Under the pieces are notes generated by a model. The model searched no databases, was not told the origin of the DNA, and saw only the letters and a list, made by a program, of their open reading frames with translations. 64,000 bases of DNA from a virus (taxonomy: Duplodnaviria > Heunggongvirae > Uroviricota > Caudoviricetes), in IMG/VR virus record IMGVR_UViG_3300030047_000010; one strand, 5' to 3'. Positions 56,598 to 64,000 of this stretch are shown here, piece by piece (within the stretch, counting starts at the first letter, position 1; the number at the start of each line of letters is the position of its first letter). A program made the position numbers and the translations under genes.

Positions 56598-57140
56598 ATG
56601 AAGAATATGCTTATCATGGATGGGGGCTTTATGATTGCCCTCGCTAAAATGTCATCCCCCAGCATTGATTTGAAAAAGATCCGTGTTATGCTTGAGGCCA
56701 AATTCGGAAAGATTGACCGATCTCATTGGTTTACTTGTCACAATGAACCAAAGCAAGCAGCCTTCCATACTTGGCTTACGACAGAAATTCGCACACAGGT
56801 ATTTACCTATAGCACCAAAATCAAAACTTGTGGACACTGCAACGGTGATATCACAGTTGAGCGCGGTATTGATGTTGGTATTGCTACTGATGCTATCAAG
56901 TTTGCCCACAACAATTCCTATGATCGGCTGATTCTGGCAAACGGTGATGGTGATCTAGTAGATGCTGTTCAATACATCCGTGATGACTTAGGGAAGCAGG
57001 TAGTGCTTGTAGGCACCTCTACATGCACTTCCAATGAACTACTGCTTCATTGTGATGACTTCATTGATTTGTTTGATGAACGCATTATGAAGCGAGTGCT
57101 TCGTGATTTTGCCTATGCACCTGAGTTGAGGGCGGCATAA
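56598..57140 (+). CDS. NYN/LabA (PIN-like) domain protein
   Basis: IMDGG, ERGIDVGIATD, LANGDGDL, LLLHCDDFIDL. Confidence 0.85.
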   Translation: MKNMLIMDGGFMIALAKMSSPSIDLKKIRVMLEAKFGKIDRSHWFTCHNEPKQAAFHTWLTTEIRTQVFTYSTKIKTCGHCNGDITVERGIDVGIATDAIKFAHNNSYDRLILANGDGDLVDAVQYIRDDLGKQVVLVGTSTCTSNELLLHCDDFIDLFDERIMKRVLRDFAYAPELRAA

Positions 57141-57428
57141 ATGAAAAACAGGATTTTTGTACTCTTGAGTGTTCTTGCACTTGCTGCATGCAGCAACAAG
57201 CATAGAAGCAGCAAAGTAGATCCACTTGACAACACACAATGCCTATTGTCTGTCCAGAAAGACTACCCTACAGGACGTGTAACTCCGATTCCCGATCAAA
57301 AATATCGGTTTATTGTCCAAACATCTGACAACTATATCTTGTACGTAGAGACAAGAGACAGCGAAACGACAGATACAACGCGCACGGATACCTTATTCTC
57401 ACCCATAGACAGCAGTGAGCATAAATGA
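57141..57428 (+). CDS. putative lipoprotein
   Basis: Signal peptide ending in LAAC. Confidence 0.6.
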   Translation: MKNRIFVLLSVLALAACSNKHRSSKVDPLDNTQCLLSVQKDYPTGRVTPIPDQKYRFIVQTSDNYILYVETRDSETTDTTRTDTLFSPIDSSEHK

Positions 57429-57750
57429 TATTGCTCAACTATAGGTATGAAGTATCACACAGCATAGCCGCAGGTTGCGAAGACTTCATCGGCATTTTCC
57501 AGGATGCTGGAAATATCCAGCGTCTGGTGCAAGATGCTATGGAGCATAAAAAGACACTCATATTTAGAGAAGCTAATGCGCAGAGCCAAATCTTTGCTAA
57601 AGATGAGTCTTATGCTATTCTTCACAAGAAACCAGGTAAACCAGGATATTGTATTCGGGTAGAACGCTCAGGATACCACTCATTCTGTACTCCGTGGGAA
57701 CCTGAATTGCTTCGGATTGTTACTCAAACAATACATACTGAGGACTAAAA

Positions 57751-58815
57751 GTGATTAACATGAAGCAGTCAACCGCTATGAAGGTTGGAGCAGCCCTTTT
57801 CGGAAGTATTTCCGTAATTATAGGCTTCTCTCTAAACATTGTATCAGCAGATGCATGGCATACCTGGTTTGACGCCTGTGGTACAGCAAATACATTAGCA
57901 GCCGGACTCTGTGCCGTAAGTTGGCTACTAGCTCAAGTTCTATTCATGAGCACACCAGGTATAGCAATAGGTGCTATAATTGGAATACTACCATATAAGC
58001 TTAAGAAACATGATGTATACAAACCAAATTTGAAGAACACTACGCATAACAAACTCTACCACAAGATTGAAAGGCTTTACGTATATAAGTCACGTGACGC
58101 ACAAGACTTGCTTCTATCTATGGGAATTATCGTCAGTCTAACTATTTTTACGGTGTGCGCATTTTATTTTAGTGCGCCTACAACACATATCATATGCGTT
58201 AAAACACGAGCCTTTGCTGGTTGGCCTGCCCTTCTAATCGGTGGTCTGTTTTTCTATGTGTATATAGCTATTGGTACTAAATGTCTAGCAGCCTTTAGAC
58301 ACAAAACAGCAGCTTTATTTGATAACTATGTCTTTCAATATATTTATCACCACCCTCTAGCGTACCCTAAAATGGCATACGACAACATCTATGCTAATCT
58401 ACGTGGTACCCCACAACTCTTTGATCACACGCAAGAGGCACTATGTAACTATCTGAAGCATATACTACCAGAAAGCTGGAGCACCACGCTCGCCGTCTTT
58501 AGCTTAAGCAGAACAGATTTGAATTCATGGGATTGTGAAGAACAGAACACACCAAAAGCGCTTATTGAATTCTTAGACGCAGAAAACAACAAGTACCATA
58601 TTGAAATTGATACGCAGGATGACTATAAACGTACAACTATAGCACACATTCCGACTGAAGTAAACGAAACAACCCACTATAGAATAAAGTGCTTAACAAA
58701 AGAACATGTGCCTACTGATAATATGCAAGTCTTTCTATTCACGAGGGATATTGGCTTTGATCAAATACTTTCCTATCTCCTGGACCACAAAGATCTTTGG
58801 AAAGTAAACATATAA
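57751..58815 (+). CDS. multi-pass membrane protein
   Basis: Four hydrophobic segments in the N-terminal half. Confidence 0.65.
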   Translation: MINMKQSTAMKVGAALFGSISVIIGFSLNIVSADAWHTWFDACGTANTLAAGLCAVSWLLAQVLFMSTPGIAIGAIIGILPYKLKKHDVYKPNLKNTTHNKLYHKIERLYVYKSRDAQDLLLSMGIIVSLTIFTVCAFYFSAPTTHIICVKTRAFAGWPALLIGGLFFYVYIAIGTKCLAAFRHKTAALFDNYVFQYIYHHPLAYPKMAYDNIYANLRGTPQLFDHTQEALCNYLKHILPESWSTTLAVFSLSRTDLNSWDCEEQNTPKALIEFLDAENNKYHIEIDTQDDYKRTTIAHIPTEVNETTHYRIKCLTKEHVPTDNMQVFLFTRDIGFDQILSYLLDHKDLWKVNI

Positions 58816-59132
58816 CTGATGAGTTACGCTCATGACATGGGCCACGACTGCATGCCCGACCAAGATGACCCCGGCTGGGATGATGCAGATGCTGTACTAG
58901 AAGTATTTGGTAAGGTGTGCGATCATTGTGGTGCAGACAAACTGCATTGGGAAAATGTTAATGGTTGGGATGGTACGTGGACGCCTGAAAAACGATGGCG
59001 GCTATGTGATGAACATGATAATATACATGTTTGTCGCCCTGCTAGGAATAAACCAGGGCAATGATCCAGGGCACAAACAGAGCGACCTATGGAAAACAAC
59101 TGATGGGAACACTTGGAGGAATTTCGTTAATT

Positions 59133-59678
59133 ATGTCTAATAAAATGCAAGTAGGTGATATCGTAGACTGCACTGTTACAGGAATTACAACTTTCGGTGC
59201 TTTTGTTGAAACAGATGAAGAAGTGATTTGCCTACTACATCTACATGATATCAGTTGGTCTAGAAATGTAAAGCACCCAGCAACTGTCCTACAGGTAGGA
59301 GATAGAATTAGGTGCAAAGTAACAGTTATTGATATCCAAAACTGTCGCATTCAAGTATCGCTCAAAGCAATGCAACAGGATCCCTGGGATGTGATCGGTG
59401 CAAACTACCCAATTGGAAAAACAATAGCAGTACCCATCATGCGTCTCTTAGATCGTGGTGTAATCGTCCAAACAACAGATGGCCTAGAATGTTTTGTTCC
59501 CCTATCTAAGTTGCCTGTACGTAACATTCGAGTACCAGCAGATGCATTCCGCGTTGGCCAGCTACTTACTGGACGAATTATTAGCAAAGAACGAGAAACC
59601 CGCAAAATCATAGTCTCCTGTTTACCCGTAGCCGAAGAATACCGCACGGACTCGGCACGTATGTCTATTTCAGCTTGA
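59133..59678 (+). CDS. tandem S1 RNA-binding domain protein (ribosomal protein S1-like fragment)
   Basis: VGDIVDCTVTGITTFGAFVE...LLHLHDISW...IQVSLKAMQQDPW, plus a second S1 repeat. Confidence 0.85.
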   Translation: MSNKMQVGDIVDCTVTGITTFGAFVETDEEVICLLHLHDISWSRNVKHPATVLQVGDRIRCKVTVIDIQNCRIQVSLKAMQQDPWDVIGANYPIGKTIAVPIMRLLDRGVIVQTTDGLECFVPLSKLPVRNIRVPADAFRVGQLLTGRIISKERETRKIIVSCLPVAEEYRTDSARMSISA

Positions 59679-59710
59679 CATGTAGACAAAAATAATCTAT
59701 ACGGAATAGC

Positions 59711-59845
59711 GTGCATGACTTAGAGACAAAGTTATCGCAGCATCAAAAGGATTTGACAGCCCATATAGCTTTAGAAAACGACCAACAAAGAAAACAAAAT
59801 GCCGCTAGGTACATCAGGCATAACTATAAATACGTTAAAAACTAA
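59711..59845 (+). CDS. 44-aa hypothetical protein (below the ORF-track cutoff)
   Basis: GTG 7 nt after TTGACA-N17-TATACG; open to TAA at 59843-59845. Confidence 0.4.
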   Translation: MHDLETKLSQHQKDLTAHIALENDQQRKQNAARYIRHNYKYVKN

Positions 59846-60510
59846 AGGAAGCATACAACATGCGTGATCAAGTATTTAATACAATTAAGGATCTTGTTTC
59901 CGATTTCTTGTACTACGACAGAAAAGAAGATGACTTGCTACCTGTTGGCCGTATTGAAGAATTAGTTAAAACACAGCAACTGTCCGTAGATGACATTGTG
60001 AACAAATTTCGAGAGCAACTTGAAAAGCGCATCAAGCAGCAGCACCTATGACTAAACGACACATCATTGTTGATACGGTTCTGTGGACATATGAAGTAGG
60101 TCGTGCTTCTTGTGTAGCGTGGCACGAAAGTACAAAAGTCATAGCCGCGCTGACAGAAGTGGCAGATATGGATTGGGATAGCATTGAGAAGGCACGATGG
60201 CACCGTCAGTTCTGCGTGCGTCCTAGAGATATTGCTAAATGGCTACACCCGCACAGCTTGAAGATCACACGCGCAGGACAATTCAAATAATGCTCACCCG
60301 GATTTACAAATTAGGCATGCTTGAACTTAATGCTCCCACTAGCCTTGGAATTTCCATCGGTTTGCTCCTCGTGGCTTTTGTTGTCTATCGCCAGCACGGT
60401 AAGCAAACAATAGCAGATCACATGGATAACTGGCGAAATGCACATGGCAACAAAGAACGCATGGATGCCTTTGTATCCACAAATTTTGGTATCAAACTTA
60501 AATAGTATCA

Positions 60511-60540
60511 AAGTATAGCTAAGTATAGCTAAGTATAGCT
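60511..60540 (+). repeat. three perfect 10-bp tandem repeats AAGTATAGCT
   Basis: Intergenic; enclosed by the inverted repeat ATCAAAGTATA/TATACTTTGAT. Confidence 0.9.
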
Positions 60541-60712
60541 CATTTTAGGTATACTTTGATATACTTGAGTACATCAGGAACTGTGTGATGCGTCAAAAGT
60601 AGCTGTTAATGCTTGACAATAATACAAAATTAATGTATATTGTTCTTGTGATCGGAACCAACGGTGATCACTAGTGTGTGAAACAATGTTGGTGGAATTT
60701 TGTTAGATAAAC

Positions 60713-61165
60713 GTGAGAAACGAGAAACAAATGCCCTATAAGCTACAACGCTATGTGTCACGGCAGTTAATGAAGAAATATAGCATTGAGCGAATCCGCA
60801 AATTTGATACTGTAAGCGCATACATCCACGTTGCCAAACATAAGTCCGATCTCAAATACTGGAAACCTTTATACCTAATCCAGCTACAGCAGTGGGGTTT
60901 CGGACTATCGGGTGCCTCTGTGATGTTTAACTGGGGCGAGAGTGGGCACAACTGGAAAAAGCTACACCCGGATGAAGCTGAAGAGAAAGCATCACCAGAA
61001 CTTGTTCTCAACTGGTTCTACTCTGAAGTGGAATACTGCTCAGATAGAATGAGCCTAGATAGACTGTTCCGGTGCCACTGGTTGTATAATCTGTACCAGC
61101 AGAAAGTACACAAGATCCAATGGCAGCAGGAACAACTAAAAAAAGCTTTTAAGGAAGGCAAATAA
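60713..61165 (+). CDS. hypothetical early protein
   Basis: 150-aa ORF downstream of the promoter at 60613-60641. Confidence 0.55.
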   Translation: MRNEKQMPYKLQRYVSRQLMKKYSIERIRKFDTVSAYIHVAKHKSDLKYWKPLYLIQLQQWGFGLSGASVMFNWGESGHNWKKLHPDEAEEKASPELVLNWFYSEVEYCSDRMSLDRLFRCHWLYNLYQQKVHKIQWQQEQLKKAFKEGK

Positions 61166-61613
61166 CATGTGGGTACTCATTGCAACAATCATATCAACAG
61201 GCGCATACGCCTCTAAGACAACGACACAAACAGCTATTCAGGGATTCCCCACGGCACAATCATGTGTCGATTTTGGTAAGCGTTGGATGCAAATAACCCA
61301 GGATAGAGTTCCATCTTTGGGCTCCACATCTCTGCACTATGACTGTATGAAAATGTAAAATATGAAAGATCACCTAGGCTAATCACTGCTCTCCAACTTG
61401 TTCTTTTCACAGGGGCAGCACTACATGCTGCTAGCGTTATTGCTACAGGTGTCATCGGCGGCTACCAAAGCTATAAACAAGTAGCTCTTGATCTCCTCCC
61501 TGTTTACGGTTTATATAAAAACGTAAAAAGAGTCCTGACTTGTAATTTCTAGTTGACATACATACAAAATTAATGTATATTTAAGCAGATCAATCAAGGT
61601 CTGCTTTTCTTTT

Positions 61614-61907
61614 ATGGGAGACAACATGCAAAACGCAGAACAGACCCCTCTGAACATTGGGGACGAACTTCGCAGTGCTATGGGGACCACGGTACTGGAC
61701 GATGTTGCAGCTTTCCTGGCGTTCCATAAGAAAGAGATGCTTGCCAAAGCGGCACATGGTTCCACAGAGATGGACTTTGACATAGGCTTGGACATTCTCG
61801 ACTATAACGAAGGTATCCTGACTCGTGCTGTAGCTCGTCACGGGCTATTCCTCACAGACTTCTATTCGGGCTGGGGCAGCCTTAGCTTTACTCTGCACTG
61901 GCTATAA
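61614..61907 (+). CDS. hypothetical early protein
   Basis: Downstream of the promoter at 61553-61581; GGAG RBS. Confidence 0.55.
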   Translation: MGDNMQNAEQTPLNIGDELRSAMGTTVLDDVAAFLAFHKKEMLAKAAHGSTEMDFDIGLDILDYNEGILTRAVARHGLFLTDFYSGWGSLSFTLHWL

Positions 61908-62288
61908 TCAAACAAAGGAACAAAACCATGATTCAATCTTCGCTAACGGAGGCGCAACGTGGACAAGCAGCAGCTACTTAAGAACATTTTGGCGGCAATT
62001 GACATCTCTACGTTTGCCTACGTTGAAGTGAAGGCTTGCCGTGATCGGTACTGGCGCACTCTGGCATGTGATGACAAAGCCTCCGCAGCCGTTCACGATC
62101 TTTTCAAGAAGCGCCTCTTTTTTCAAAATGCCTTTGAGCTGCGAGTAAAAGATCTTGAGGCTAGGCCACATAAAACTACTGCGAACCTTTACTGGCCCGG
62201 AGCTGATAGGACAGACTCATAACGCAATAAAGAGAGACAGAATATCTCCCTTGAGCTACACGGACTGTAATTTAGAAAGGACAAAATC

Positions 62289-62618
62289 ATGACTCGGGAC
62301 GTAGGGACTAGTCTCAAAGAGCTGGCATTACAGCATAGGGACATGCAGGAAAAGCTGGCTAGCTTTGACGCTTTCCTGAAAATCTATATAAATGCTATGC
62401 AAGATGCCGCGTTGTTAGGAAACAACGGACTCTATATTAACATCCACGTAGATTCAGATAACTGCACGGCCTGCGAGCATGACGTTGCCGACATGGACAA
62501 AGGTGAATTGGCTAGTGTAGCTAGGCAGTATGACTTAATTGTTGAAAACTATGAGTGCGTGAATAACATGAACTACCAAACGCGAAATCATACTGCTTTT
62601 GATTTGTTGTGGATGTAA
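62289..62618 (+). CDS. hypothetical protein
   Basis: 109-aa ORF, AAGGA RBS. Confidence 0.55.
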   Translation: MTRDVGTSLKELALQHRDMQEKLASFDAFLKIYINAMQDAALLGNNGLYINIHVDSDNCTACEHDVADMDKGELASVARQYDLIVENYECVNNMNYQTRNHTAFDLLWM

Positions 62619-63205
62619 TCGCAATGAAGCATTTTGATAAAAATGATATTGAACTGAAAGATGGAGACATCTTTGATATCCACCAGACGGTTAACGGTAG
62701 CAGCTTATTCCTTGCTGTAACCGTAGATCCGTTAGATATTGAATATGCAGAACACCCAGGATACAAGTACGAATACAACAAAGAAGAACTACTCGCGGCT
62801 TGTCCGGTAGAAGGTGTAACTGAGTTTGAAATCGTAGGTAATATCAAAACACTACCTTTGACTCTGTCACTACAAGCAAGCGAAGTAGATAATCGTAAGC
62901 AGCTTAAAATCACAAAAAAGAACATAGTAGACAAAGCAAGCATCATTGTCTATACATACGCAGATGATGAAAGTACAGCATATCTTGCCAGTCTACTTGT
63001 ACATGACCGACTTCGGCATCAGGGCCTCGGCAGAGAACTCCTGAAGCTAGGTGAAGCATACGCCGGGGAAAACGGTGCTACAACGGTATGCGTAAAGGTA
63101 CTAGAGAGAGCGTGGATGCACAAGTGGTATGAACGCTGCGGTTACACAGATCTTAAGCAGGATGAAACGCCTGGCTATGTTTGGATGTCAAAACAAATTA
63201 GTTGA
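62609..63205 (+). CDS. YopX-like plus GNAT acetyltransferase fusion
   Basis: DKNDIELKDGDI N-terminus; LLVHDRLRHQGLGRELL...WYERCGY GNAT motifs. Confidence 0.7.
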   Translation: MDVIAMKHFDKNDIELKDGDIFDIHQTVNGSSLFLAVTVDPLDIEYAEHPGYKYEYNKEELLAACPVEGVTEFEIVGNIKTLPLTLSLQASEVDNRKQLKITKKNIVDKASIIVYTYADDESTAYLASLLVHDRLRHQGLGRELLKLGEAYAGENGATTVCVKVLERAWMHKWYERCGYTDLKQDETPGYVWMSKQIS

Positions 63206-63285
63206 TAGCTCTTGACATTCAAAAAAATGTTAGTAGTTTATAGGCGGGAATCCATACACACAACAGCAAGTAAAAGGATAATACT

Positions 63286-63732
63286 ATGCCAATCGCAACC
63301 ATGCAAGACTTTCTGCGGCTATGTGACGTTAATCCACAAGAGATGACCGATGGGAGTATCTTGAATGTCTACAGCGCATCTCCAGAACTCATTAGCCAGC
63401 TACACCTAGAAGATAGTACAGGTGTAAATAAAAATCGCCGGGTACACGTGAATGTTGTTAATGAATTTGTACGCCGCATGCGCGAAGGCACGTGGGAACC
63501 ACTTACAAGCGAACCAATTGTTTACAATGCTATTGAAGGACATGATCGCTATGGCTCCTTAGTTTCTGGTCAGCATCGTTTGCTTGCCGCGTCAAAAGCG
63601 AACTATACTCTTAAATTTTATGCATGGGGTTCGGAAACTGAAGGTGATCTAAGTCGCACAGATCTTGTGATTAGACGTACCCACACAGACACAGCAGCTT
63701 CAATGAAGTCACAAGCAGGTGGCAGTGTCTGA
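63286..63732 (+). CDS. ParB/Srx-like N-terminal domain protein
   Basis: KNRRV...MREGTW...SGQHRLLA. Confidence 0.6.
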   Translation: MPIATMQDFLRLCDVNPQEMTDGSILNVYSASPELISQLHLEDSTGVNKNRRVHVNVVNEFVRRMREGTWEPLTSEPIVYNAIEGHDRYGSLVSGQHRLLAASKANYTLKFYAWGSETEGDLSRTDLVIRRTHTDTAASMKSQAGGSV

Positions 63733-64000
63733 GCTAACTTGATCAAATCACCAGGAACACGTGGCTTTGAATTGCCGAAAGCATCAGCAACTGTGAACAA
63801 AGCAGTACGGTAAGCCGATACATTTTTGTTCCTGTAGATAGGTATGAAAAGGGATGCTACAGCCTTGCTCTCTTCAGGAGTTAGACTCTTATAGCTAGGT
63901 TCAATAACAGCTTTATCCTGAGCCAACTGACGAAAGACCAGTTGCTCAACATGGAACAACGACTCAAAGCACTTAGCTATAGCCTGTTCAACCTGGGCAG

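Noticed and set aside
59745-59850. tmRNA-like GGATTTGACAGC motif
   Set aside because: No GGGG 5' end, no T-arm/CCA 3' end and no ALAA-type tag; the region reads as a 44-aa ORF behind a promoter.
1-64000. Stop-codon reassignment (TAG/TGA recoding), as in some large phages
   Set aside because: Standard code 11 gives long, densely packed ORFs with intact motifs; the only broken gene (helicase) is a frameshift at TAA.
1-64000. tRNA, rRNA, reverse transcriptase or cas1/cas2 genes
   Set aside because: No cloverleaf with T-loop/CCA, no RT (YxDD) motif in a plausible ORF, and no Cas1/Cas2 motifs were recognised.

Overview
This window looks like part of a large (jumbo-type) tailed phage genome. It is densely coded, mostly on the minus strand up to ~55.1 kb and on the plus strand after that. 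It holds virion-type genes (gp25-like baseplate protein, lectin-like tail protein, an intein-containing structural protein), nucleotide and repair enzymes (ATP-dependent DNA ligase, HAD, 2H phosphoesterase, MazG-like, 5'-nucleotidase), candidate counter-defence genes (Tad2/DUF2829-like, orphan Panacea- and AbiEi-like antitoxins, ADP-ribosyltransferase-like proteins) and six paralogous Amidoligase_2-type proteins. The standout is a compact minus-strand CRISPR locus at 25.8-31.5 kb. In order of transcription it has: a leader promoter; a 9-repeat array; a ~180-nt structured RNA with a 10-nt anti-repeat and terminator (tracrRNA candidate); a 638-aa TnpB/Cas12f-like protein with a degenerate RuvC site (RuvC-II Glu to Gln); an SF2 helicase starting 1 nt later (split by a +1 frameshift); and an overlapping methyltransferase-fold gene. 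No cas1/cas2 lies in the window. All family calls come from motif recognition by eye; no database search was run.
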